NCBI GenBank assembly: GCA_963804645.1
Contig: CAWDRG010000005.1
Coordinates: forward strand, 256,001 to 320,000
From: an uncultured Bacillota bacterium
Lineage (GTDB): Bacteria > Sysuimicrobiota > Sysuimicrobiia > Sysuimicrobiales > Segetimicrobiaceae
Direction: 5' to 3'
DNA length: 64,000 nucleotides
Under the pieces are notes generated by a model. It made no database searches. It saw nothing but the letters and a program-made list of their open reading frames with translations, and was not told the DNA's origin. A program made the translations under genes and the position numbers. This document shows positions 17,477-26,890 of the stretch, one piece after another; position 1 is the stretch's first letter; each line of letters starts with the position of its first letter.

Positions 17477-19882
17477 CTATGCCCCTGCGGGCGGCGTGAA
17501 CGTCGTCACCACCGGCGGCGTCCCCACGTACTTCTCCACCTGCACCAGCACCGAGTTCGTCGGGTTCCCGCCCGACAACTTCGAACTCGGTGTGTCCGTC
17601 GTCAGGTTGTTCACGTTCCCGTGCCGGTCCAGCGTCCCCACCGACCCCGGCGTCAGCGGATCCGACCACGCCCCCTCGTTCAGCACCATCACGCCCCGCC
17701 GCACCCGCGCCGTCACCAGCGCCCCCGCCAGCGTCTGCCCCCGCCCGTTGAACACCCGCACCACGTCGCCGTTCATGATCCCCCGCGCCGCCGCGTCCTG
17801 GGGGCTAATCCAGAGCGGTTCCCGCCCCGCCACCTCATACGCGTGCCGCAGCCCCGTCTGATCCAACTGCGAGTGCAGCCGGTTCTTCGGGTGCGACGAT
17901 AGCAGGTGCAGCGGGTACTGCGCCGTCTCCGGACTCCCCAGCCATTCCGTCGGCGGCAGCCACGTCGCGTGCGGCGGCGTGTCGTCATAGTTGAACCCCG
18001 CGATCGTGCTCGAGTACAGCTCGATCTTCCCCGACGGCGTCCCGAGCGGGTTGTTCGCCGGGTCGGCGCGGAACTCCGCGTACGCGACCACCTGGTTGGC
18101 GGCGTCCGTGACCGGGAATTCCAGGTACCCCTGCTTCCAGAACGTGTCGAAGTCCGGCATCGTCAGACCCCGCTCCTGAGCCTGCTGCACGGCCGCCCCG
18201 TAGAACTGCCGCAGCCACGCCATCTCGTCCTTGCCCTCCGTGTACCGGTCGCCAAGGCCCAGCCGGGGTGCCAGCCCCGCACAGATGTCGAAGTCGCTGC
18301 GCGATTCGAACAGCGGCGGCACCACCTGCTGCATCGCGATGATGAACCGGTCCGTGCTGCAGAGGTCGTTGCGCTCCATCGTCGTCGTCGCCGGCAGCAC
18401 GATGTCGGCATGCCGCGCGGTCGGCGTCCACACGTAGTCGTGCACGATCGTGACCTCCGGCCGCTGCCACGCCACGAACGCCCGGTTCGTGAACTGCGCC
18501 TGATTCAAGTGGTTCGACCCCGCCAGGTACACCAGCTTGATGTCCGGATACGTCAGCTTCCGCCCGTCGTAGTCCACCGTCTTCCCCGGACTCTGGATCA
18601 GGTCGACCCACAGGTTGAGCGGCACGAAGTCCTTCACGGGGTTGACCCCGGTCGGCAGCCCCGCCACGCTCGGCGCGCTGCCGATCGGCAGCCCCAACCC
18701 GCTGCTCGGCGAGTCAGCCTGCAGCCCGCCGCCCGGAAGGCCGATCTGCCCCAGCATCGACGCAAGGGTCACGAGCATCCAGATCGGCTGTTCGCCGTGC
18801 GACGCCCGCTGCATGGAGTATCCGCCCATCGTGATCGTGCGCGACTTAGCCATCCGGCGCGCGAGCGTGCGAATCGTCTCGGCCGGCACCTCCGTGATCG
18901 CGGCCGCCCACTCCGGCGACTTCGCCTGCCCGTCGCTCTTCCCGCTCAGATAGTCCGCGAACTGCGCAAACCCCACCGTGTACTTGTCCAGAAACGCCTT
19001 GTCGTACAGGTTCTCCGTGTACAGCACGTGCGCAAGGCCCAGCATCAGCGCCGTGTCCGTGTTCGGCCGGATCGCGATCCGCTCGGGCCGCAGGTACTGG
19101 TCCGTGTCCCCTTCCACCGGGTTGATCGAGACCACCGGGATCTTCGCGTCCCGCAGCTGCGCGATCCATGCCATGTCGAAGTGCGTGCCGTTCCCGCCCG
19201 AACGCATCTCCGCGTTCCGGAGCGGATCGTGCCCGAAGAATACGATCAGGGTGCTGTGCTGGAGAATCACCGGCCATGCCGACTGCCGCGGCGCCGCATC
19301 GCCCAAGATGTGCGGCGTGATCACCGGCAGCACCGGCGCGCTGTACGAGTTGATCCGGAACACGTAGCCGCCGTACATGCCCAACAGACGCTGTACGGCC
19401 CCGCCGGCACTGTGAAAGTTCCCGGCGCTCTGCCAGCCTTGCGCCGAATAGATCGACCGGTTGCCGTACTGGGTCTTCACGCGCTTCAGCTCGCCGGCGA
19501 CGATGTCGAGCGCCTCGTCCCACGACACGCGCACGAACGGCTCGAGGCCCCGCTGCGTCGTGTCGCTCTGCGACCGGTTCTTGTAGAAGCCCTGGCGGAT
19601 CATCGGGTACTTCACGCGGTTCGGAGCGTACAGCAGATCCGGCATCACTGTGACCATCACGTTCGGGTAGCGATCCGTGGCGAACGGCACCGTCTTCATC
19701 AACCGTCCCCCTGCCACCTGGGCGCTGAACGGGCCCCAATGCGCGACGCTGATGCGCGTCGCGGTCTCGGCATCTGCGGCCGCCGCGCCGGTCGGCAGCA
19801 CCCCTACCAGCGGCGCTGCCACCACGCCTCCGAGGAGCAACCCGCTCTGGCTCAGGAACGACCTTCTCGTGACTGGTTTCAT
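17477..19882 (-). CDS. Tat-exported molybdopterin oxidoreductase, DMSO reductase family, copy 2
   Basis: Same motifs as copy 1; the C-terminal region from FRADPANNP onward is identical in protein sequence. Confidence 0.92.
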   Translation of the reverse strand: MKPVTRRSFLSQSGLLLGGVVAAPLVGVLPTGAAAADAETATRISVAHWGPFSAQVAGGRLMKTVPFATDRYPNVMVTVMPDLLYAPNRVKYPMIRQGFYKNRSQSDTTQRGLEPFVRVSWDEALDIVAGELKRVKTQYGNRSIYSAQGWQSAGNFHSAGGAVQRLLGMYGGYVFRINSYSAPVLPVITPHILGDAAPRQSAWPVILQHSTLIVFFGHDPLRNAEMRSGGNGTHFDMAWIAQLRDAKIPVVSINPVEGDTDQYLRPERIAIRPNTDTALMLGLAHVLYTENLYDKAFLDKYTVGFAQFADYLSGKSDGQAKSPEWAAAITEVPAETIRTLARRMAKSRTITMGGYSMQRASHGEQPIWMLVTLASMLGQIGLPGGGLQADSPSSGLGLPIGSAPSVAGLPTGVNPVKDFVPLNLWVDLIQSPGKTVDYDGRKLTYPDIKLVYLAGSNHLNQAQFTNRAFVAWQRPEVTIVHDYVWTPTARHADIVLPATTTMERNDLCSTDRFIIAMQQVVPPLFESRSDFDICAGLAPRLGLGDRYTEGKDEMAWLRQFYGAAVQQAQERGLTMPDFDTFWKQGYLEFPVTDAANQVVAYAEFRADPANNPLGTPSGKIELYSSTIAGFNYDDTPPHATWLPPTEWLGSPETAQYPLHLLSSHPKNRLHSQLDQTGLRHAYEVAGREPLWISPQDAAARGIMNGDVVRVFNGRGQTLAGALVTARVRRGVMVLNEGAWSDPLTPGSVGTLDRHGNVNNLTTDTPSSKLSGGNPTNSVLVQVEKYVGTPPVVTTFTPPAGA

Positions 19883-20151
19883 CGCGTCCCCCCCGCCGTG
19901 CTAGTCTCCCGCGTACCGCCGCTGGGCGGGTCGGCACCCGCCGCCCCTCCACCGGTCCCGCGGGTCGAAGTTCTCACCAAAACAGAGATGGAACTCCGCC
20001 ACGTCTACCATACCGACGGCCCGGGCCGACGCCTATCCCCTCTCAACCTGATTCCGCGCTCGCACGGCAGACCCGCCTGAGGGTGACGCGCCTCGGCCGC
20101 GCGCGGCGCAAATAGTCTCTCGGACTGATAGGCACGCGGGAAATCGTGGGA

Positions 20152-20157
20152 TACACT
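20152..20157 (+). promoter_or_regulatory. Putative -10 box (TACACT) for the structured RNA, copy 2
   Basis: 6 nt upstream of GGAGCGCAC, same spacing as copy 1. Confidence 0.5.
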
Positions 20158-20163
20158 ATGCAT

Positions 20164-20340
20164 GGAGCGCACGCGGCGATGTGCCGAGTCAAACGCCGCG
20201 GTCGGGATGCCGAGAGTCGGCCACGTTCACTCCGGGCAGTCGCCCAAGAACGACGGGCAGGACGCCGGAGAGCACCAGCCGACGGTAGGCCCCGGAGGCC
20301 GCGTCTGAAGACGGCACCGGCCGCACCAACAGTGCGCTCC
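20164..20340 (+). ncRNA. Putative ~177-nt structured non-coding RNA, copy 2
   Basis: GGAGCGCAC/GTGCGCTCC closing stem; GCGGC/GCCGC, GTGCCG/CGGCAC, CGCGGTC/GGCCGCG, GTCGGC/GCCGAC, CTCCGG/CCGGAG; followed by AATTTTT as in copy 1. Confidence 0.65.
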
Positions 20341-20416
20341 TAAATTTTTCGCCGGAGACTCGCACCGATGCCGCCGTGTCGATTTGACGACGCGTACGGC
20401 ACGCCGACGCCCGGCG

Positions 20417-21274
20417 TCAGCCCAACTTGCGGAGCCGCGGGTCGAGCATATCCCGCACGCCGTCGCCCACAAAGTTGAACCCGAGCACGAGGCACAGAAT
20501 CGCGAGCGCGGGAAACGTCGCGATCCACCACTGGTCCATCAGGAAGTTGCGCCCTTCGGAGACCATGAGTCCCCACTCCGGCGTCGGCGGCTGCGCCCCG
20601 AACCCGATAAACGACAGCCCCGCCGAGATGAGGATGATGGAGCCGATGTTGAGCGTCGCCTGGACGAACAGCGGCGCGAGCGCGTTGGGGATGAGATGGC
20701 GCACGATGATGACGACGTCGGTGGCCCCCTGCGCCCGCGCGGCTTCGACATAGTCTTTCGTCCGCAGCGTCAGGATCTGGGCACGCATCACCCGTGCATA
20801 CGACGGCCATGAGGTAATCGCGATTGCGATCAGGGCGTTCGTCAGGCTCGGTCGCAGAATGGCGGAGATCGCCATGGCCAGAATCAAACTCGGAAACGCC
20901 AGGAACATGTCCGTCACGCGCATCAGCGACTCGTCCCACCACGCCCCCAGCCAGCCGGCGCTGGTGCCGGTGATGACGCCGAACGCGGCAGCGGCCGATA
21001 CCACGGTGATGCCGGAGACGACGGAGATGCGGGCGCCGTAGACCACCCGGCTGTAGACGTCGCGGCCGAGCGAGTCCAGACCGAACGGGTGCGCGGTGCT
21101 CGGCGCCCCGAGCCGCTTCGCGAGATCCTGGGCGAGCGGGTCTTGAAGGGCGAGCCACGGGGCGAGCAGCGCGATCAGCACGAACGCCGCGATCAATCCC
21201 ACGCCGATCAGCGTGAGCGGACTCCGGCGCACCGCACGCCAGGCGACGTGCGTGGCCCCGCGGTCCCGGGTCAC
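20417..21274 (-). CDS. Peptide/nickel ABC transporter permease (DppC/OppC-like)
   Basis: HPFGLDSLGRDVYSRVVYGARIS; DYVEAARAQGA; GDGVRDMLDPR. Confidence 0.93.
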   Translation of the reverse strand: MTRDRGATHVAWRAVRRSPLTLIGVGLIAAFVLIALLAPWLALQDPLAQDLAKRLGAPSTAHPFGLDSLGRDVYSRVVYGARISVVSGITVVSAAAAFGVITGTSAGWLGAWWDESLMRVTDMFLAFPSLILAMAISAILRPSLTNALIAIAITSWPSYARVMRAQILTLRTKDYVEAARAQGATDVVIIVRHLIPNALAPLFVQATLNIGSIILISAGLSFIGFGAQPPTPEWGLMVSEGRNFLMDQWWIATFPALAILCLVLGFNFVGDGVRDMLDPRLRKLG

Positions 21275-21275
21275 G

Positions 21276-22289
21276 CTACGTGTATCGGATCTGTGGGTCC
21301 AGGTAGGCGTAGACAACGTCGACTCCCAGGTTGAACAGCGCAAAAATCACCGCGGCGACCAACGTGACCCCCAGCACCGCCGGCACGTCCACGCTCACGG
21401 CGGAGTTCGTCGCGTACCGGCCGATCCCCGGCCAGGAAAAGATCGTCTCGGTCAGAATCGCGCCCGACAACAGGTCTCCGAACGTCAGGCCCAGCACCGT
21501 CACCGTGGGCAGCAGCGCGTTGCGCAGCCCGTGGCGGAGAATGACGCGCACTTCGCGGATTCCCTTGGCGCGCGCCGTGCGCACGTAGTCCTGACGCAGC
21601 ACCTCCAGGAGGCTGCTCCGCATCATCCGCATGATCAGGCCCGTGATGGCGTACCCGAGCACGATCGCCGGCAGCACGAGGTGGCGGACGGCGTCCACGA
21701 ACGCGTCCCAGTTCCCCGACAGCAGCGCGTCCACCGCCACCATCCCGGTGAGGGGCGGCGGCGGCGGCGTGTAGATGCTCAGCTCGCCGGGCCCCGGCAG
21801 AATCCCGAGACGAAAGTAAAACAGTCCGAGCAGCAGCAGCCCGACGTAAAATACGGGCAGCGACGTCCCGCCGAGCGCGAAGACGCGCGCCACCTGATCG
21901 GGCCACGCGTCCTTGTAGACCGCCGAGATGATGCCGGCGGGCACGCCGATGATCACGGCGAACAACAGCGCGCTGGAGGCGAGCTCGACCGTCGCCGGCA
22001 GGTACTGCGCCAGATCGGCGCCGACGGGCCGGGTATCCGCGATCGACGTCCCGAAATCGCCCCGCAGGAGCCCGCGGAGATAGATCGCGTACTGCACCGG
22101 GAGCGGGCGGTCGAGCCCGATCTGGTGGCGGACCTTCGCGTAGAGCGCCGGGGGCGCGTGCTCGCCGAGGATCGCGGAGAGCGGGTCGGCCGGCACGACA
22201 TGGGTGAGCACAAACGTGATCAGCGTCACCCCGAACAGCACGAACACGGTCAGACCGGCGCGGCGCGCCAGATAGCGCAGGAGGCTCAT
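21276..22289 (-). CDS. Peptide/nickel ABC transporter permease (DppB/OppB-like)
   Basis: GLDRPLPVQY; DYVRTARAKG; ETIFSWPGIG; YAYLDPQIR. Confidence 0.93.
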   Translation of the reverse strand: MSLLRYLARRAGLTVFVLFGVTLITFVLTHVVPADPLSAILGEHAPPALYAKVRHQIGLDRPLPVQYAIYLRGLLRGDFGTSIADTRPVGADLAQYLPATVELASSALLFAVIIGVPAGIISAVYKDAWPDQVARVFALGGTSLPVFYVGLLLLGLFYFRLGILPGPGELSIYTPPPPPLTGMVAVDALLSGNWDAFVDAVRHLVLPAIVLGYAITGLIMRMMRSSLLEVLRQDYVRTARAKGIREVRVILRHGLRNALLPTVTVLGLTFGDLLSGAILTETIFSWPGIGRYATNSAVSVDVPAVLGVTLVAAVIFALFNLGVDVVYAYLDPQIRYT

Positions 22290-22297
22290 CGTGGGAG

Positions 22298-22325
22298 GCG
22301 GGGGCCGGCCAGCGCCGGCCCCCGC
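22298..22325. other. Perfect GC-rich intergenic hairpin after the substrate-binding gene (mRNA stabiliser or partial terminator)
   Basis: GCGGGGGCCGGC-CAGC-GCCGGCCCCCGC. Confidence 0.55.
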
Positions 22326-22334
22326 GGTCGAGCG

Positions 22335-23930
22335 TTACTGCTTGACGATGTGCGTGAAATCGATGAAGTTCACCGGGTCGAACGCGAGACTCTGGATCCG
22401 CTTCGACACCCCGAACGACAGCAGCGGCTGGTACAGCATCGCGAACGGGCCGTTCTGATTCATCCCGTCGTTGATCTGCTTGTAGAGCCCGGCCCGCTCA
22501 GGTGTGTTCGTCAACCCGCCCGCCTGCTCGGCGAGCTTGGAGAGCGGATCGTTGTAAAACTGGACGCGCCAGGCCAGCGACTTCTGCGTGTAGTCCGCGA
22601 ACGGCTTGGCGAAGTCATCCGGGTCGGGATAGTCGACGAACCAGCTCTGAATGATCATCTGGGTCTTCTGGGCCCGGTACAGGCCCAGCTTCTCCGAGGT
22701 CACCAGCTGCCGCACGTCCACGCGGATCCCGACTGCGGCGAGGTCGTTCTTGATCTTGGAGGCAAGGTCGCCGGAGGACACGCCGCCCGGCTCCGTGCCG
22801 GTCGAGGCGAGCAGCTCGACGTTGAACCCGCTGGCGAAGCCGGCCTCCGACAGCAGCTGCTTCGCCTTCGCCACGTCGTGCACGGGCAGTGATGCGTCGT
22901 ACCCGAACAGTCCCTTCGGGATCACGCCCTGCAGCGGCGCCCCGTTGCCCGCGATCAGGTCGTTGATGATGCCGTTGTAGTCGATGGCGTACTTCACGGC
23001 CTGCAAGACCTGCGCCTTGCCGAACGCCGGGACGTTCTTCACGTCCATCCCGAGGTACTCCATGGCCAGGTTCGGGGTCGACGCGACGTAGAACCCCGAG
23101 CTGCGCTTCAGATCCGCGAGCTGCTGGGACGTCAGCGTCCAGGCGATGTCCGCATCACCCCGGTTCAGCACCTGCTGCTGCACCGTGCTTTCCATAATGT
23201 TCGGGAACACGATGCGCTTGACCGTAGGCGCCGGTCCGAGATTGTAATTCGGATTGGCGACGAGATCGATCGTTACCTGGCGCTGCCACTCCGCGAGCAT
23301 GTACGGACCGCTGCCCGCCGAGTGATCGTTCAGCCACGCGGTCCCGAAGTCGCCCCCCTGGATGTGGGCACGCACCGTCTTGCTGTCGACAATGCTCACG
23401 ACCGGGTTGGCCATGATCGACAGGAACGCCCCGGGGCTGAACGCGGTGGGCACGTTGATCACCACCGTGTACGGGTCGGGCGCCGTGACCGCGGTCGCGA
23501 CGTTCTTATCGTCGATCCCCATCTGGGTAATCAGCCAGGACGCGGGATCCTTCGGGAGGGTCACCACGCGCTGGAAACTGTACAGCACGTCGTCCGCGGT
23601 CAGCGTGTTGCCGCTGGAAAACTTGATACCGTGCCTCAGGTGGAAGGTGAACGTCCGGCCGTCCTTGCTCACGTCCCACGATGAGGCGACGTCGGGTCCG
23701 ACCTGCGTCAGCTTGCCGATCGGAAACTTGACGAGCGTGGAATACATCGGCAGCACCGCGACGATGCCGGACTCCTCGTACGCGAGGTTGGGGTCCAGCG
23801 TGATCGCGTCCGAGATGTCCTTGGCGACGACCACCGTCTGCTGAGGGCCGTACCCGGCCGAGCTGCCCGGCACTACCCCCCAGACACCCAACAGGAAGAT
23901 CGCAATAACGATCAGGGCGAGTTTTTTCAT
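22335..23930 (-). CDS. Peptide ABC transporter substrate-binding protein (family 5, DppA-like)
   Basis: Signal peptide; TLDP; DGRTFTFHLRHGIKFSSGNTLTADDV; GSGPY; AAGGAGGAG RBS. Confidence 0.93.
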   Translation of the reverse strand: MKKLALIVIAIFLLGVWGVVPGSSAGYGPQQTVVVAKDISDAITLDPNLAYEESGIVAVLPMYSTLVKFPIGKLTQVGPDVASSWDVSKDGRTFTFHLRHGIKFSSGNTLTADDVLYSFQRVVTLPKDPASWLITQMGIDDKNVATAVTAPDPYTVVINVPTAFSPGAFLSIMANPVVSIVDSKTVRAHIQGGDFGTAWLNDHSAGSGPYMLAEWQRQVTIDLVANPNYNLGPAPTVKRIVFPNIMESTVQQQVLNRGDADIAWTLTSQQLADLKRSSGFYVASTPNLAMEYLGMDVKNVPAFGKAQVLQAVKYAIDYNGIINDLIAGNGAPLQGVIPKGLFGYDASLPVHDVAKAKQLLSEAGFASGFNVELLASTGTEPGGVSSGDLASKIKNDLAAVGIRVDVRQLVTSEKLGLYRAQKTQMIIQSWFVDYPDPDDFAKPFADYTQKSLAWRVQFYNDPLSKLAEQAGGLTNTPERAGLYKQINDGMNQNGPFAMLYQPLLSFGVSKRIQSLAFDPVNFIDFTHIVKQ

Positions 23931-24085
23931 CAGCCACTCCTCCTTGGTCACACCACGCAGGGTACCGAGCGGCAGGGCACCTTGTCGCTTGTGACCAAGT
24001 TCGGCGGGTGGCAGGCGTTTCCTCTATCCGGCCCGCGCCCGGCGGGCGGCAGGGCCCCTCGACGCCCGGTCCTCGTGCCCCCCGG

Positions 24086-24736
24086 TCACCCGTCGGAGGA
24101 TGGGGCTTCGGTCCCCGGTCCCGCGTCCGGACCGCTGCCCCAGGCGAGCGCCGGCAGCGACTGGTCGATCGCGAAGGTCGCGAAGGCCATCACGGCCGCC
24201 CGCGAGTGAAATGGCAGCCGTTCCGCGACCCCGAGCTTGGCAATCCCGTGCACCAGCGACCAGGCCACGAGCGCCCGGCGAAGCGTGTCCCCCGCCGGGA
24301 GCGCCCCGTCGCGCTGACACGCCTCGATGCATTCGACGAGCGTCCCAAATGCCTGCGCCGCGGCCTCCGCCAGCCCCGGATCCAACGCCGCGGGCGCCGG
24401 CGCGTCAAACATGACCGCAAAGTGGGCCGGCCGCCGCAGCGCAAACGACACATAACCCGAGCCGACGCGCCGGAGGCGGTCGAGCGCCGTGGCGCGCGGG
24501 GCGACCGCGTCCCGCATCGCCTGTGTGAGCTCCCGGAACCCTTGGGCCGCGACGGCCGCGAGCAGCGCGTCCTTATCCCGAAAGTGGCGGTACGGCGCGT
24601 TGTGCGACACTCCCGCCCTCCGGGCGACCTCGCGCAGCGTGAATCCGCTCGGTCCGACCTCCGCGATCAGATCGATCGCCGCGCCGAGCAGGGTCTCCCG
24701 CAGATCCCCGTGATGGTACGGTCGTGTGCGCCGCAT
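24086..24736 (-). CDS. TetR/AcrR family transcriptional regulator (WHG-like C-terminus)
   Basis: YHHGDLR...TLREVARRAGVSHNAPYRHF HTH; WSLVHG. Confidence 0.93.
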   Translation of the reverse strand: MRRTRPYHHGDLRETLLGAAIDLIAEVGPSGFTLREVARRAGVSHNAPYRHFRDKDALLAAVAAQGFRELTQAMRDAVAPRATALDRLRRVGSGYVSFALRRPAHFAVMFDAPAPAALDPGLAEAAAQAFGTLVECIEACQRDGALPAGDTLRRALVAWSLVHGIAKLGVAERLPFHSRAAVMAFATFAIDQSLPALAWGSGPDAGPGTEAPSSDG

Positions 24737-24758
24737 CTCTGCTTCCCTATACCACAAA

Positions 24759-24811
24759 ATGTTGACATGAGCAACATCGTGCGGTACCATAGATGTGGAC
24801 AGTGACCACAT
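24759..24811 (+). promoter_or_regulatory. Sigma70-type promoter with two palindromic operator candidates
   Basis: TTGACA (24762-24767)-17 nt-TACCAT (24785-24790); palindromes ATGTTG-N7-CAACAT (24759-24777) and ATGTGG-N7-CCACAT (24793-24811). Confidence 0.8.
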
Positions 24812-24838
24812 TCGTCCGCAGTTGGGGAGGAAATTTCC

Positions 24839-26482
24839 ATGACGCACGTCGGCACCCCGTACAAGCAGCGCCCCCTCGAAGACACCTACGACGCAGTCGT
24901 GATCGGGTCGGGCGTCGGCGGCCTAACGGCCGCCGCCCTGCTCGCGAAGCACGCCGGCAAGCGGGTGCTGGTCCTGGAGCGCCACTACACGGCCGGGGGG
25001 TTCACCCACGTGTTCCGGCGGCCGAAATATGAATGGGACGTTGGCGTCCACTACGTCGGCCGCGTCAACGTGCCAGGCTCCGACGTGCGCGCCGCGTTTG
25101 ATCATGTGACGGACGGCCGCCTCCGGTGGCACGCGATGCCGGACGTGTACGACCGCGTGCAGATCGCGGACCGCCATTATGACTTTCCGACCGGCCTCGA
25201 GCGGTTCCGCGACCGCATGCGCGGGTACTTCCCCAACGAAGCGGCGGCGATCGATCGGTACCTCGGCGCCGTCCTCGCCGCGAATCGGGCCAGCACGCCC
25301 TACATGGCCGAGCGCGCCCTGCCCGCCGCGGTCGCGCGGCTGATCGGCGGCACGATGCGCGCGGGCTTTCTGCGGTACGCCGACCGCACCACCGGCGAGG
25401 TGCTGCACGAGTGCACCCGCGACCCCGAGCTGACCGCCGTGCTCACCGGTCAGTGGGGTGACTACGGGCTCCCGCCCGCGCAGAGCAGCTTCGCGATGCA
25501 CGCCGCGGTCGTCTCCCACTACCTTGAGGGCGCGGCGTACCCGGTCGGCGGCGCGTCCGAGATCGCCTCGAGCATCGCGCCCGCCATCGAAGCAGCCGGT
25601 GGAGACATCGTGGTCGCCGCGGAGGTGGCTGAGATCCTGCTCGATCGACGCGGCCGCGCCGCCGGCGTGCGGATGGCGGACGGGCGTGACATCCGCAGCC
25701 CCCTCGTGATCAGCGACGCCGGCGCGGTCAACACGTTCGCCCGGCTGCTCCCTCCGGGGTGCGGCCCGGCGCGCAGGGTGCTCGAGGAGATCAAGGACAT
25801 TCCTCCCTCCCTCAGCCACGTGTGCCTCTATGTGGGCCTCACGCGCGGCCCAGGCAGCCCGGAGTTCGATGCGACCAATCTCTGGATCTACGAGGGGCCC
25901 GACCACGACGCGGCGCTCGCGCGCTTCACCGCCGATCCGGAAGCCCCCTGGCCGTTCCTGTTCATGTCCTTCCCGTCGGCGAAGGATCCGACGTTCGCCG
26001 ATCGCTATCCGGGCCGTGCCACGATCGAGATCGTCGCGCCGATGCCCTACCGCAGCGTCGCCCCCTGGGCGGAGACGGGCTGGCGGCGGCGCGGCACGAC
26101 CTACGACGCGTTCAAGCAGGCGCTCGCCGCTCGGCTCCTCGACGCGCTCGACCACCACGTGCCGAGCGTGCGCGGCCGGATCGACTACACCGAACTGTCG
26201 ACGCCGCTCTCCACCCGACACTTCGCCAACTACGCGCACGGCGAGATCTACGGCCTCGCGGCGGTGCCGGCGCGGTTTCGCGTGCGCACGTTCGGTGCGC
26301 GCACGCCCATCCCGAATCTGTACCTGACGGGGCAGGACGCGTGCAGCGCGGGCGTCACCGGCGCGCTGTTCGGCGGGGTCCTCGCGGCGTCGGCGATCCT
26401 GGGTCGCAACCTCGCTGCGGTAGTGACGCGGCCGGCCCGCCGGCCCGCCGCGAATCTCGCAACGCTCCCCCGGGCGTCATAG
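24839..26482 (+). CDS. NAD(P)/FAD-dependent oxidoreductase, phytoene desaturase/retinol saturase family
   Basis: DAVVIGSGVGG; LERHYTAGG; WDVGVHY; STPLST; NLYLTGQD. Confidence 0.88.
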   Translation: MTHVGTPYKQRPLEDTYDAVVIGSGVGGLTAAALLAKHAGKRVLVLERHYTAGGFTHVFRRPKYEWDVGVHYVGRVNVPGSDVRAAFDHVTDGRLRWHAMPDVYDRVQIADRHYDFPTGLERFRDRMRGYFPNEAAAIDRYLGAVLAANRASTPYMAERALPAAVARLIGGTMRAGFLRYADRTTGEVLHECTRDPELTAVLTGQWGDYGLPPAQSSFAMHAAVVSHYLEGAAYPVGGASEIASSIAPAIEAAGGDIVVAAEVAEILLDRRGRAAGVRMADGRDIRSPLVISDAGAVNTFARLLPPGCGPARRVLEEIKDIPPSLSHVCLYVGLTRGPGSPEFDATNLWIYEGPDHDAALARFTADPEAPWPFLFMSFPSAKDPTFADRYPGRATIEIVAPMPYRSVAPWAETGWRRRGTTYDAFKQALAARLLDALDHHVPSVRGRIDYTELSTPLSTRHFANYAHGEIYGLAAVPARFRVRTFGARTPIPNLYLTGQDACSAGVTGALFGGVLAASAILGRNLAAVVTRPARRPAANLATLPRAS

Positions 26483-26719
26483 CCGCGCCGCACTCGTCTC
26501 GCGCGGCCAGCCGACGGAGTAGGAGCCGATGGTCGCGGATCCGACCAGAAGACGGGGTGCGGCGATGGCTCTAGCAGTCGATTCCACCGCGTGGACGCGA
26601 GCGTGAACATCTCACGTGACGACCGTTGCCCGGGCGCGCCCAGCGGCGTTTTCGCGATGCACGTGCTCGTCGGGACGTGAGCGCGACGAGCGTCCGGGGC
26701 GATGTGGTGCTCGGTGAGC

Positions 26720-26890
26720 TCAGCGCGCGGGGCGGCGCTCGAGCCCAAGCGCCCTCTTTACGGCGTCCGGAAACGTCCGGGATGCGATTTTCCCGGGGGC
26801 GACGGCGATCACGTACATATCATTGATGTTCACCATCAGCGCGGCGGCGCCACACAACACCGCGGCACACACAGATCTGTTGATCGCCAT
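26720..26890 (-). CDS. Possible 56-aa small protein or gene remnant (MAINRSVCAAVLCGAAALMV...)
   Basis: GAGGAG immediately upstream of the ATG; signal-peptide-like N-terminus; below the ORF-track cutoff. Confidence 0.3.
   Translation of the reverse strand: MAINRSVCAAVLCGAAALMVNINDMYVIAVAPGKIASRTFPDAVKRALGLERRPAR

Larger units (their letters stand above)
17417..20349. repeat. Direct repeat copy 2 of the molybdoenzyme + structured RNA unit
   Basis: Homologous to 6135-9011, offset about 11.3 kb. Confidence 0.92.
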
